Origin: Acidobacteriota bacterium
GTDB lineage: Bacteria; Acidobacteriota; Thermoanaerobaculia; Multivoradales; UBA5704
Reading direction: 5' to 3'
NCBI GenBank assembly: GCA_040005235.1
Contig: JBDTZG010000047.1
Span: 1 to 41,915, forward strand
DNA length: 41,915 bases
The notes beneath the pieces are model-generated. The model ran no database searches, had not been told where the DNA came from, and was given only the letters and a program-made list of their open reading frames with translations. Every line of letters starts with the position of its first letter. Position 1 is the stretch's first letter. The translations under genes were made by a program, and so were the position numbers. This document shows, one piece after another, positions 26,780 through 36,692 of the stretch.

Positions 26780-27952
26780 TTACCTCTTCGACCTTTCCCC
26801 TCGGTTTCTCAGCCACCACCAGGCGCGGGTCGGGGCGAAGCTCCACGACTGTTCGATGCCGTGCAGCGTTCGGCCCAGCTCCGCGCCACGCGCTTCGGCC
26901 GCGGCGCATCGCTCGCGCTCTTCGATCAGGTGTTCGATCAACTCCTTGATCCGCTCCCGTTCGCGCAGCAGGGCGGCGGTCAGCTCCCGGACCTGCGGCG
27001 GACCTGTCTCCAGGGTGAATTCGAGCGCCACCGCGGCTTCGTCCTCCATTCGAATGCGGTGGTAGGCCTTGCGCTGTTCAAGCGTGGGCGTAGCGGTGGT
27101 TCCCTCACGGTCGCATTGTTCCAACAGCACGTAGAGCAGCGTTTCGCTCGCGCGCAGTAGGGCCAAGTCGCGGGCGGTGGACGGCGGGGTTTCCTTGCCC
27201 GCCTCGGGCTGTTTCTGCTCGGCCAGGTTCGCGGACCGATCGAGGCGGCGGTACAGCTCCAGGGCCTCGGGGATCAGGCTCTCCCAGGCCGGATTCGACG
27301 GTGCCTGCGGCGTCAGCTCTTCCGGGGCGTAGACCTCGGCCAGGGCACCCGCGTCGAGCGGGATTTGAAGCTCTTCGCGCAGACGGTGCACCCAGCCGCC
27401 CAGGTCGGCGGAGAGGGCGGGCACCTGCGCCAAAAAACAGCGTTCCGGGTGGCGGTCGCGGAATTCGAGCAGGCGGCGGTTGTAGACCTCCCAGGAGCGG
27501 ATCGTCCGCCAGGGGTCCTCGCGCAGCTCGAGGTCGCCGTTCCTTCGCCAGAGCGACAGGGCCACGTCGATCGGGCGGCGGTAGAGGAAGAGATAGCGCG
27601 CCTCCGGGAGGATCGTTTCCCAGAAATCGAGAAACAGGCAGGTGCGCGGGTCCTTCCATCCCCAAAGCGGCAGAGCGCGCCGGGCCGCGACCAGCTCCTT
27701 GGCTCGCCGGGCGAATTTGCCGTTCACCGGCGGGACGAAATTCTCGCCGATCGAAAAGCAGCTCTCACCCTCCGCGGCGAGCATCTCTTCGTGCAGGTCA
27801 AGGAAATCCGGGTCCTCGAAGTGGCCGCGCGGATTGCCGAGACCGGGGGCCGGTACGTCGCAGCCGATTGCGAGACCGGCTTTTTGCAGCACGCTTGCGA
27901 CCAGGGAAGTTCCCGAGCGGTGCATGCCGCAGATGACCAACGGATGAGACAT
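26780..27952 (-). CDS. PAPS-dependent sulfotransferase family protein with C-terminal coiled coil
   Basis: ICGMHRSGTS (5'-PSB loop), NPRGHFED, WGWKDPRT, YRRPIDVALSL; coiled coil ending in IEQSWSFAPTRAWWWLR. Confidence 0.88.
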   Translation of the reverse strand: MSHPLVICGMHRSGTSLVASVLQKAGLAIGCDVPAPGLGNPRGHFEDPDFLDLHEEMLAAEGESCFSIGENFVPPVNGKFARRAKELVAARRALPLWGWKDPRTCLFLDFWETILPEARYLFLYRRPIDVALSLWRRNGDLELREDPWRTIRSWEVYNRRLLEFRDRHPERCFLAQVPALSADLGGWVHRLREELQIPLDAGALAEVYAPEELTPQAPSNPAWESLIPEALELYRRLDRSANLAEQKQPEAGKETPPSTARDLALLRASETLLYVLLEQCDREGTTATPTLEQRKAYHRIRMEDEAAVALEFTLETGPPQVRELTAALLRERERIKELIEHLIEERERCAAAEARGAELGRTLHGIEQSWSFAPTRAWWWLRNRGERSKR

Positions 27953-28123
27953 GGATGGAGGCTCCGATGTGCTAGAGGAAGTCTGTCGGGATCGGGTTTC
28001 TACTTTGGTGGACCCCGCCCGAGTCGATTATCCTCTACCGCATGCGGGAAGAGATGCTGGAGTTCTACCGTTCGATCGGCTCGTGAAGTTGCGTTTGGCG
28101 GCAGGTGCGATGCGGGCGAGATT

Positions 28124-29131
28124 ATGCTCCATCCGAAGATGAGGGGTGGAAGCGAAATCGCCGCGCAGAGTTTTGACGACTCGCTCTCGGAGAATGAGGT
28201 GTCGTTCGTGATCTGCGTAGAAGCGAATCGGCTCGCGCCTCAGGCGCTCCTCCTGTGCGAAAGCTTGCGGACCTTCGGCGGCCGGTACCGGAACGCTCCG
28301 ATTCTTGCGATCTCGCCGCGGCCTCATCTCGCGATCGGGCGGACGGTCCGGTCGCGCCTCGAATCGCTCGACGTCACCTATGTTGCCGAGCCGCTGAACG
28401 AGACCGCGAGCGCTTACGGCTCGATCAATCGCATCGTCGCCGGTGCCTGGGCCGAGAAGTTCTCTCCGAGTCCCTTTCTGGTCCTGCTCGATACCGACAT
28501 GGTGGTGGTGGGCGAACCGGTCTTCGCGCGAGCCGACGCCGGGGTCCGGCCGGTCGACCTCAAAGGCTCGGCATCGAGCGGCGAGGGCGATCCGCTGGAC
28601 GCCTATTGGGCGCGCATCTGCTCGTTCGGCGGCATCGACCTCGCGCGCCTGCCGCGCCTGGCGACGACGATCGACGGCGTGTCGATCCGCGCCTCCTACA
28701 ACGGCGGACTCTGCGTCGTCCGGCGCGATCTCGGGATTCTTGAACGGACGCGGGAGGTCTTCTTCGCATCGCGGGCGACCCACCTGCGGCCGTGGGCCGG
28801 CGCGGCGCTCGACATCTTGGCCTCCACCGGTTTCGTCGGGCGTGCGGCCAGCGAATGGTGGGGATCGAGCCAGGCAGCGCTCTCCGTCGCGATCTGGAGC
28901 AAGACTTCCGACGTCATTCTCTACGATGAGCGGTACAACATCCCGCTCCACCTGTTGGTCGACCCCGATCGATCGTGGCCGCTCAAGGAGGGCTCGGCGC
29001 CGATCCTTCTGCACTATCACTACCTGGCCGAGGGGCGGTACCGGGAGCAGTTTCGGCAGGTGCTGCAACGGATCGGGTGTACTTCGGAAATACGGGCGTG
29101 GATCGAGGAGCGACTCATTCTATTCGATTGA
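28124..29131 (+). CDS. Putative GT-A fold glycosyltransferase-like protein
   Basis: ATG 28124 (or 28139); FVICVE...QALLLCESLRTFGG, LVLLDTD (DxD), SYNGGLCVV, YNIPLH, ILLHYH resemble GT8-type motifs. Confidence 0.7.
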   Translation: MLHPKMRGGSEIAAQSFDDSLSENEVSFVICVEANRLAPQALLLCESLRTFGGRYRNAPILAISPRPHLAIGRTVRSRLESLDVTYVAEPLNETASAYGSINRIVAGAWAEKFSPSPFLVLLDTDMVVVGEPVFARADAGVRPVDLKGSASSGEGDPLDAYWARICSFGGIDLARLPRLATTIDGVSIRASYNGGLCVVRRDLGILERTREVFFASRATHLRPWAGAALDILASTGFVGRAASEWWGSSQAALSVAIWSKTSDVILYDERYNIPLHLLVDPDRSWPLKEGSAPILLHYHYLAEGRYREQFRQVLQRIGCTSEIRAWIEERLILFD

Positions 29132-29229
29132 TGCCTATTACCGGGCGGTAATCTCGTCGGCCTTCAGAAAGCGGCGCCACGTCCCGCACCCGAAAAAGGT
29201 CGGGCGAAACGCTTACGCCGCACTGCGGC

Positions 29230-29258
29230 TTGACCGGTCGGCGCGGCGTCCCTACCAT
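29230..29258 (+). promoter_or_regulatory. Sigma70-type promoter of the TetR operon
   Basis: TTGACC (29230-29235), 17-bp spacer, TACCAT (29253-29258). Confidence 0.75.
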
Positions 29259-29272
29259 CCGCGCAAAACAAA

Positions 29273-29288
29273 CCGAACGTTCGTTCGG
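29273..29288. promoter_or_regulatory. Putative TetR operator
   Basis: Perfect palindrome CCGAACG-TT-CGTTCGG just downstream of the -10 box. Confidence 0.7.
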
Positions 29289-29308
29289 GATTCAACGTGG
29301 TGGGGACG

Positions 29309-30001
29309 ATGCGCAAACGGACGCAGGCCGACCGCAGCGACGCGGCGACCAAGAAGGTGTTGAAGGCGGCGCTGGCGCTTTTTTCGCGCCAGGGGTTTCG
29401 CGCCACCACGATGCGCCAGATCGCGAAGAAGTCGAACTTGTCGGTCGGCAACCTCTACCACCACTTCGGCGGCAAGGAGCAGATCCTCGCGGTCTTGATC
29501 GATCACTACTGGCAGGAGCTGACCGATCCCGATCTGCCGCTCAACAAAGTCTTTGCCGCGAATCGATTTCCCGACGACCTCGAAGAGCTGGCGGCGGCGA
29601 TCGAACAGGTGGTCGATCGCAACTCGCATTCGATCCTCTTGATCTACATCGACGTCATCGAGTTCAAAGGCAAGCATATCCACGAGTTCTACCGGCGGAT
29701 GGCGGAACGTTTCTCCGCCACCTACGAGGACAACTTGAAAGAGCGCCAGGAGCGCGGCGAGCTGGGCGAGCCGAGCCCGCTGTTCGGCGTGATGATGGCC
29801 ACCCGCTGGTTCTTCTATTACTTCACGGTCGAGAAATGCTTCGGCGTGCCGATGCACCTCGGCCTCGATTCCAAAACCGCCGTCGCCGAGTTCTGCCGCA
29901 TTCTGCGGCTCGGCCTGCTCCCTCGTTTTGATCTGCCACAGAGCGCGAGTCCGGCTCGTGCGCCTAAGAGTCTTCGACTGAAAAAAGGGGATGAATCATG
30001 A
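29309..30001 (+). CDS. TetR/AcrR family transcriptional regulator
   Basis: VLKAALALFSRQGFRATTMRQIAKKSNLSVGNLYHHFGGKEQI. Confidence 0.93.
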   Translation: MRKRTQADRSDAATKKVLKAALALFSRQGFRATTMRQIAKKSNLSVGNLYHHFGGKEQILAVLIDHYWQELTDPDLPLNKVFAANRFPDDLEELAAAIEQVVDRNSHSILLIYIDVIEFKGKHIHEFYRRMAERFSATYEDNLKERQERGELGEPSPLFGVMMATRWFFYYFTVEKCFGVPMHLGLDSKTAVAEFCRILRLGLLPRFDLPQSASPARAPKSLRLKKGDES

Positions 30002-32352
30002 ATCGTCACATCGAGGTTGCAGTTCCGAAAGGGCGCGCGTTTCTGCCTGCCGCTCTGCTCCTGATCCTCGCCGGAGGGCTCACCCTCTGGGGAGTTCCGG
30101 TGAGCGCCGCGAGCCCTGAGCCCGCCGTCCAGGAACCCACCGCCGCACCCGCCGAGGCAACCAAGAACGAAACCAAAAAGGAAGAGGCGAAGGCCGCGGA
30201 AGAAGAAACGCCGACGGTCTCTGACGAAATCATCGTCACCGCCCGGAAGCGCGAAGAAAATGTTCAAGAGGTGCCGGTGGCCGTCACCGTGGTCGGCGGC
30301 GAAGCGCTTCAGGAGACCGCCGCGTCGGACATCTCCGAGCTGCAATCCTCCGTTCCGAACCTGTCGATCTATCAGGGCCGCAACCAGACCACGACGCTCA
30401 CCGCGTTCATGCGCGGCATCGGCCAGGCCGATCCGCTCTGGGGCGTCGATCCCGGCGTCGGCCTCTACCTGGACGACGTCTACATCGCCCGGCCGCAGGG
30501 CGCGCTGCTCGACGTCTACGACGTGCAGCGGATCGAGGTTCTGCGCGGACCGCAGGGAACGCTCTACGGCAAGAACACGATCGGCGGTGCGATCAAGTAC
30601 GTGAGCCGCGAGCTGACCGACACGTTGGACGGCCGGCTGTCGATCTCGCCGGGTAGCTTTTCGAACGAGGATTTCCGCGCCAGCGTCTCGGGCGCTCTGA
30701 TCCCCGGCAAGCTGCGCGCGAAGATCGCCGCCGCCGCCTTGAAGCACGACGGCTACGGGACCAACCAGCTGACCGGCCGCGACGTGTCGGACAAAGACAC
30801 CCAGGCGGTTCGCGCCGCGCTCGATTGGCTCGCCTCCGATCGGGTGAAGGTCCAGGTAAGCTACGACAAGACCAAGGACAGCGCGGAACCGAAAGGTTAT
30901 CGCCGACTCGCGGCGAACCCGCTCTGCCCGTTGTTCCTCGGCCGTACCTGCCCGCCGCTATCGAACAACTTCGACACCGAAAGCGGTTTGGCGCCCAAGA
31001 ACAGCACGGACGCGAGCGGTACCTCGTTGGTCGTCAGTTGGAAGATCAGCGACCCATGGCAGTTCAAGTCGATCACCGCGCATCGCAAGTCCGACTCGGA
31101 CAACAACATCGACTTCGACACCACCCCGGCGCGGATCACCGACGTCATCGCGACCTACTTCGACAAGCAGACCTCGGAAGAGCTGCAGCTCAACTACGAC
31201 GGCGGCGGCAAACTGACCGGCGTCTTCGGCGCCTATTACTTCAAGGGCAAGGCGGGCGGTCTGGTCAAGAACATCTTCTTGAACCGGATTTTCGGCACCA
31301 CCCAAGGCGAAACGAACACCGATTCGATCGCGGTGTTCGGCGACGGCAGCTACCAGCTGAACCCGAAGCTGCGGCTGAACCTCGGCCTCCGGGCGACGCG
31401 TGAGAAAAAGAACGGCATCGCTTTGAACCGCGGTTTCACCAACGACACCTTCACCGTGGTCAACGCGGTGACATCCAACTACGACAAGACCGAGACCTTC
31501 AACTCGCTGGCGCCGAAGCTTGGATTGGACTACCAGGTCAATCCGAACGTGCTCGCCTACGTCACGCTCTCCCGCGGCTTCAAGAGCGGCGGCTTCAACG
31601 TCCGCGCCCAGGCGACGGTGTTCCCCGCCTCGGCGCTGCCGTTCAAAGACGAGGTGCTCGACGTCGCCGAGGTCGGCTTGAAGACGGTGCTCTTCGATCG
31701 CCAGCTGGTGTTGAACACGGCGGCGTTCTGGGGCAAGTACAAGGACATTCAGGTCAGCACGTTCACCGCTTACGACTCGAACGGCGACGGCGTGGAAGAC
31801 GCCTTCTTCGGAAACTTCATCAACGCGGGCGACGCGACGATGAAGGGGATTGAGATCGAGTTCGACGGCTCGCCGCATTCGGTCGCCTGGCTGCGTCTGG
31901 TCGGCAACGTCAGCTACCTGTCGGCCAAGCCCGACAAGTTCCTCGATGCGAACCGCGACCACTTCGTCGACACCCAGGTGATCACCAACGCTCCGGAATT
32001 CACCGGCGCTCTCCACGCGAACTTGAGTTTTCCGATCTCCAAGGGCCTGATCACCGGCTCGGTCGGCGTCGCCTATCGCGACGACTCGGTGTTGACGAAC
32101 GAAGGCGGACCGTACCCCGGCCGTCCGGGGCAGCCGCTGCTGCCGATCATCCAGCCGTCGTTCAGCCTGTGGGACGCTTCGATCGGTTGGCTGTCGCCGA
32201 ACGCCAAATGGCGCTTTGGCATCAACGGCAAGAACCTGGCCGACACGGGCTACGTGACCAACGGCTACAACATCCCGGCGCTCGGCATTCTGGTCGGCTC
32301 CTACGGCGCGCCGCGCACGGTGCTCGCGACGATCGACTACAAGTTCTTCTAG
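29998..32352 (+). CDS. TonB-dependent receptor
   Basis: Signal peptide; TonB box region DEIIVTARKREE; plug motif RIEVLRGPQGTLYGKNTIGGAI; SRGFKSGGFN; C-terminal Phe. ATGA overlap with tetR. Confidence 0.95.
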   Translation: MNRHIEVAVPKGRAFLPAALLLILAGGLTLWGVPVSAASPEPAVQEPTAAPAEATKNETKKEEAKAAEEETPTVSDEIIVTARKREENVQEVPVAVTVVGGEALQETAASDISELQSSVPNLSIYQGRNQTTTLTAFMRGIGQADPLWGVDPGVGLYLDDVYIARPQGALLDVYDVQRIEVLRGPQGTLYGKNTIGGAIKYVSRELTDTLDGRLSISPGSFSNEDFRASVSGALIPGKLRAKIAAAALKHDGYGTNQLTGRDVSDKDTQAVRAALDWLASDRVKVQVSYDKTKDSAEPKGYRRLAANPLCPLFLGRTCPPLSNNFDTESGLAPKNSTDASGTSLVVSWKISDPWQFKSITAHRKSDSDNNIDFDTTPARITDVIATYFDKQTSEELQLNYDGGGKLTGVFGAYYFKGKAGGLVKNIFLNRIFGTTQGETNTDSIAVFGDGSYQLNPKLRLNLGLRATREKKNGIALNRGFTNDTFTVVNAVTSNYDKTETFNSLAPKLGLDYQVNPNVLAYVTLSRGFKSGGFNVRAQATVFPASALPFKDEVLDVAEVGLKTVLFDRQLVLNTAAFWGKYKDIQVSTFTAYDSNGDGVEDAFFGNFINAGDATMKGIEIEFDGSPHSVAWLRLVGNVSYLSAKPDKFLDANRDHFVDTQVITNAPEFTGALHANLSFPISKGLITGSVGVAYRDDSVLTNEGGPYPGRPGQPLLPIIQPSFSLWDASIGWLSPNAKWRFGINGKNLADTGYVTNGYNIPALGILVGSYGAPRTVLATIDYKFF

Positions 32353-32367
32353 GGCTTTATGCATCTC

Positions 32368-32410
32368 GGCGGATGCCGTCGCGGGCAAGCGGCGGCATCC
32401 GCCTTTCCTT
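32368..32410 (+). terminator. Intra-operon stem-loop with short T-rich tail
   Basis: GGCGGATGCCGTCGC pairs with GCGGCGGCATCCGCC, followed by TTTCCTT. Confidence 0.6.
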
Positions 32411-32424
32411 CAAAGGATTGATTT

Positions 32425-33207
32425 GTGATCGAGACCGGACTGGCCGGAAAAGTGGTGATCGTCACCGGGGGCGCCGCCGGAATCGGCAAGAGCACGGCGC
32501 TGCGCTTCGCCGCCGAAAGGGCGCGGTTGGTGCTCTGGGATCGTTCGCCGGAAGCGGGGGAGGCGGCCGCGGCGGAGATCGTCGCGGCGGGCGGCGCGGC
32601 GGTCTTCGATTCCGTTGACGTCTCGCTCGAAGCGGAGGTGAACGCCGCGGTCGAGCGGGCGCTCTCCGCCGAGGGTCGGATCGACGTATTGATCAACAAC
32701 GCCGGCATCACCCGCGATTCGCAGCTTGCGAAATGGAAAGAGGGCACGCTGGTCGGATCGATGCCGTTGGTCGATTTCGACGCCGTGCTGGCGGTCAACC
32801 TGCGGGGGGTCTTTTTGCCCACCCGGGCGGTGGTGCCGGGAATGATCGAGAAGGGCGGTGGGGTGATCCTCTCGGCCAGCTCGGTCGTCGGTCTCTACGG
32901 CAACTTCGGCCAGACCAACTACTCGGCCACCAAGGCGGGGGTGATCGCGATGACCCGCACCTGGGCGCGAGAGCTGGGCCGCTACAACATCCGGGCAAAC
33001 GCCGTGGCGCCCGGCTACATCGCAACCGAGATGGTGGAAAAAATGCCCCAGAAGGTGATCGACGGCATCGCGGGGAGGACCCCTTTGGGCCGCCTCGGCC
33101 GGACCGAAGAGGTCGCGGCCGCCTATCTGTGGCTCGCTTCGGACGCCGCGAGCTTCGTCAACGGCGCCGTGCTTTCGGTCGACGGCGGTCTGGTGATCGG
33201 GACGTGA
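32425..33207 (+). CDS. SDR family oxidoreductase, 3-oxoacyl-ACP/CoA reductase-like
   Basis: TGGAAGIG, NNAGITRD, GNFGQTNYSATK, NAVAPGYI, VDGG. Confidence 0.93.
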   Translation: MIETGLAGKVVIVTGGAAGIGKSTALRFAAERARLVLWDRSPEAGEAAAAEIVAAGGAAVFDSVDVSLEAEVNAAVERALSAEGRIDVLINNAGITRDSQLAKWKEGTLVGSMPLVDFDAVLAVNLRGVFLPTRAVVPGMIEKGGGVILSASSVVGLYGNFGQTNYSATKAGVIAMTRTWARELGRYNIRANAVAPGYIATEMVEKMPQKVIDGIAGRTPLGRLGRTEEVAAAYLWLASDAASFVNGAVLSVDGGLVIGT

Positions 33208-34775
33208 TCGCGGGAGATCTTTTGGGCGAGCGCGCCCGGCTGACGCCGGAAAAGCTCGCTCTCGTCACCGTGCCGGAGACGCCCGGGGCGGAGCGGCTCA
33301 CCTACGCCGCGCTCGATTTTCGCGCAAGCCAGACCGCGCGGGTTTTGCGCGAGCGGCTCAGCCTCGCGAAAGGCGACCGCGTGGGCCTGCTTTCGACCAA
33401 CCGGGTGGAGTTCCTCGACGTCTTCTTCGCCTGCGCCAAGGCCGGTACGGTGCTGGTGCCGATCGGCACCCGGCTCACCGCGATCGAGATCGCCCATGTG
33501 ATCCAAGACAGCGGCCTCAATGTCCTGCTCTACGACGGCGACCACGCCGAGCACGTGCGGGAGCTGGCGAGCCTCGCCCCGATGCGGATTGCCGTTGCGC
33601 TCGATGCCGCTTCAAAAGCGAACCCGGACGATCTCGATCTACCTGCCGCCCTCGCCGAAATCGCCGCGCTTGCCGAAACGCCGTTCCAACCGGAGAAGCT
33701 GGAGCCGGAGGATCTCTGGGCGCTGCTCTACACGAGCGGCACCACGGGCAAGCCGAAAGGCGTGAGGATCCCGCACCGCCAGGTGCTGTGGAACGGTTAC
33801 AACACGGCGGTCTCCTGGCAGCTGCGCGAGGACGACGTGACGCCCATCTTCCTGCCGCTCTACCACGCCGGCGGACTGTTCGCATTCCTGGTGCCGATCG
33901 TCACGATCGGTGGCACGATCGTGCTTCATTCGGGATTCGACGCCGGCGAGATCTGGGATTCGATCGAACGTCAACGTTGCACCGTGGTGCTCGGCGTGCC
34001 AACGGTCTGGGAGCGTCTTTCCGAACACCCGAGTTTCGCGACGGCGGATCTTTCAAGCGTGCGCTGGCTGGTCTCGGGCGGCGCGCCGCTGCCGCGTTTT
34101 CTGATCGACCGCTACCAGGAGCGCGGCATCGTGTTCAAGCAGGGATACGGCCTCACGGAAGTGGGGGTCAACTGCTTTGCGATGACGGTCGAGGAGTCGA
34201 TCGCCAAAGCCGGCTCGATCGGCAAACCTCTGATGTTTTCCGAGGCGAAGCTGATCGACGCCCAAGGGCTCGATGTGGCGGACGGCGAGGTGGGCGAGCT
34301 CTGCCTTCGCGGTCCGCACGTCTCGCGCGGCTATTGGGGCAAACCGGAAGCGACGGCAGAGGCGCTCGATGCCGATGGCTGGTGGCGGACGGGCGACCTT
34401 GCGCGGCGCGACTCGGACGGTTTCTACACGATCGCCGGTCGGGCGAAAGACCTGTTGATTCGCGGCGGCGTGAACGTCTATCCGGCCGAAATCGAAGGGG
34501 AGTTGCTGCTCCACCCGGAAGTCCGCGATGCCGCGGTGATCGGCGTGCCGGACGAGAAGTGGGGCGAGGCGGGGGTGGCGTTCCTGGTCGCCGGCGAGCG
34601 GCAGCCGAACCGGGAAGAGCTGTTAGAGTTTCTCGGCAGTCGCCTCGCCCGCTACAAACACCCGAGCGTGTTCGTCTTCGTCGATGCCCTGCCCCGCACG
34701 GCGTACGGCAAGGTCGTCAAGGGTGAGCTTCGCGAGCGCTATCTGAAAGACCCGAAAGAAGGAGAAGCGAAATGA
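33204..34775 (+). CDS. Acyl-CoA synthetase (AMP-forming ligase)
   Basis: GTG 33204 overlaps the SDR stop; YTSGTTGKPKG, QGYGLTE, TGDLA, GRAKDLLIRGG, LPRTAYGKV. Confidence 0.93.
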   Translation: MIAGDLLGERARLTPEKLALVTVPETPGAERLTYAALDFRASQTARVLRERLSLAKGDRVGLLSTNRVEFLDVFFACAKAGTVLVPIGTRLTAIEIAHVIQDSGLNVLLYDGDHAEHVRELASLAPMRIAVALDAASKANPDDLDLPAALAEIAALAETPFQPEKLEPEDLWALLYTSGTTGKPKGVRIPHRQVLWNGYNTAVSWQLREDDVTPIFLPLYHAGGLFAFLVPIVTIGGTIVLHSGFDAGEIWDSIERQRCTVVLGVPTVWERLSEHPSFATADLSSVRWLVSGGAPLPRFLIDRYQERGIVFKQGYGLTEVGVNCFAMTVEESIAKAGSIGKPLMFSEAKLIDAQGLDVADGEVGELCLRGPHVSRGYWGKPEATAEALDADGWWRTGDLARRDSDGFYTIAGRAKDLLIRGGVNVYPAEIEGELLLHPEVRDAAVIGVPDEKWGEAGVAFLVAGERQPNREELLEFLGSRLARYKHPSVFVFVDALPRTAYGKVVKGELRERYLKDPKEGEAK

Positions 34776-35674
34776 TCGACGCACCGCCCGCGATCCACTA
34801 CGTCGTCCAAGGGGACCAGGCCGCCGCGCCGATCGTCCTGTTGAACGGCGGGATGATGACGACGTTTCACTGGGAGCCGGTGGCGGCGAAGCTGCGCGGC
34901 AAATACCGCGTGATCCTGCTCGACTTCCGCGGCCAGCTCCAGTCGCCGATCACCCCGGAGACCCCGGCGCCCAAGGATCTCGCCGGCCACGCGCGCGACG
35001 TAGTGGCGGCGCTCGACCAGTTGGGGATCAAGAAGGCGCACCTCGCCGGCACTTCGTTCGGCTCCTTGGTGGCGCTGGTGATGGCGGCCGAATACCCGGA
35101 TCGGGTCGCCTCCGTCGTCGCGTTTAACTCGACCGCGCGATTGAGCCCCGAGAACGTCGAAGGGACGAAGCTGCTGCGCCGATTCGCGCAGGAGGCGGTC
35201 GCCGGAGGCGATGGCGGCAAGGTGCTCGACACGATCGTTCCGACCACTTATTCGCCGGAGTGGATTGCTGCGAATCAAGAGGCGCTGCCGTTGCGGAGAA
35301 AGCAGGTCGCCGCCCTGCCCAAGAGTTGGTTTGCCGGGGTGGATGCCGTCCTTTCCGCGCTCGAGACGATGGATCTCACTCCCTACCTAGCGAAGATCCG
35401 CGCGCCGGTCACGCCGATTACGATCATCGCGGGAGAAAAAGACGTCACGTTTCCCGTGCCGCTCTCCGAAGAGCTGCACAAGGCGATCCCGGGCTCTCAA
35501 CTGGTGGTCGTCCCTGGCGCCTCGCACGGTTTCGTGATCGAACATCCGGACGATGCGGCGGCGCGAATCGAGAGCGCGGTCGAGGCGGCGATCGAGATGC
35601 AGAAGCCGGTCCCGATGCCGTTGGAAAACCCCCCGGCGCAGTCAGCCCCGGCCCCTCCGGGGAGTCATCTTTGA
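34772..35674 (+). CDS. Alpha/beta fold hydrolase
   Basis: GGAG RBS and ATGA overlap; LLDFRGQ, GTSFG nucleophile elbow, AGEKD, GASHG. Confidence 0.9.
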   Translation: MIDAPPAIHYVVQGDQAAAPIVLLNGGMMTTFHWEPVAAKLRGKYRVILLDFRGQLQSPITPETPAPKDLAGHARDVVAALDQLGIKKAHLAGTSFGSLVALVMAAEYPDRVASVVAFNSTARLSPENVEGTKLLRRFAQEAVAGGDGGKVLDTIVPTTYSPEWIAANQEALPLRRKQVAALPKSWFAGVDAVLSALETMDLTPYLAKIRAPVTPITIIAGEKDVTFPVPLSEELHKAIPGSQLVVVPGASHGFVIEHPDDAAARIESAVEAAIEMQKPVPMPLENPPAQSAPAPPGSHL

Positions 35675-36681
35675 TCCAAGCCCCGCGGTCCGCTCGCTAC
35701 GCCCGAATCGCCTCGACCGGCATGTATCTTCCGGAGCGCGAGGTCGGCAACGACGAGTTGCGAACGTTGCTCGCGGCGACCGCGCCGGAATACGTGGACA
35801 AGATGCAGGCCTCGACCGGCATCGTTCGCCGCTATTGGGCGCGCGAGACCCAAGCGACCTCCGACCTCGCGCTCGAAGCGGCGCGCCAGGCGCTCGACCG
35901 CGCGGGAAAGACCCCGGGCGAGGTCGATCTGATCGTGCTCGGCACCGACTCGCCCGACTACATCACCCCGGCGACCTCGGTCGTGCTTCAACACAAGCTT
36001 GGGGCAACGAACGCCGGAACTTTCGACGTCGGCTGTGCCTGCGCTTCGTTTCCCACCGGCCTCGCGGCGTCGGCCGGAATGATCGCGTCGAACCCGGCGC
36101 TTCAGACCGTGCTGGTGGTCGGCGCCTACCTCATGCAGCGGCTCGCGGCGCCGGACGAGCCGACGCGGTTTTTTTACGGCGACGGCGCGGGCGCGGCGGT
36201 GTTGATCGCGGGCGATGCTCCGGGTTTCGTCGCGGCGGCGTTCCAAGCCGACGGCGCTTTTGCGCGCCGATGGGCGATCCTTGCTGGCGGCACGGTCGAA
36301 CCGGCCTCGCAAGAGGCGATCGAGGCGGGGCGCACGACCGTCAAGTCGTACGAGCGCTATCCGGCGGAAGTGAACCATGAGGGATGGCCGCGTCTCGCCC
36401 GAAAGCTGGCCCAAGAAGGCGGCTTCGCGCTCGACGAGGTGAAGCTCTGGATCTTCACCCAGGTGAGGAAGCCGTCGATCGAGATCGTCATGGCCGATCT
36501 GGGATTGCCGATCGAGCGCGCACACCTGGTGATGGAGAAGTGGGGCTACACCGGCTCGGCCTGCATTCCGATGGCGCTCCACGACGCGCTCGAAGCGGGC
36601 AAGGCCGGGCCGGGAGATTTGGTGGTGCTGCTCGGCTCGGGTGTCGGCTACAACCAGGCCGGCACTGCTTTTGTGTTGTAG
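35671..36681 (+). CDS. KAS III (FabH-like) thiolase-fold enzyme with non-canonical active site
   Basis: TTG 35671 overlaps the previous stop; TGIVRR, TSDLA, FDVGCACASF, FYGDGAGAAV, GSGVG. FTQ replaces PHQ and GYT replaces GNT. Confidence 0.88.
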   Translation: MIQAPRSARYARIASTGMYLPEREVGNDELRTLLAATAPEYVDKMQASTGIVRRYWARETQATSDLALEAARQALDRAGKTPGEVDLIVLGTDSPDYITPATSVVLQHKLGATNAGTFDVGCACASFPTGLAASAGMIASNPALQTVLVVGAYLMQRLAAPDEPTRFFYGDGAGAAVLIAGDAPGFVAAAFQADGAFARRWAILAGGTVEPASQEAIEAGRTTVKSYERYPAEVNHEGWPRLARKLAQEGGFALDEVKLWIFTQVRKPSIEIVMADLGLPIERAHLVMEKWGYTGSACIPMALHDALEAGKAGPGDLVVLLGSGVGYNQAGTAFVL

Positions 36682-36692
36682 GGGGGAGTGAG

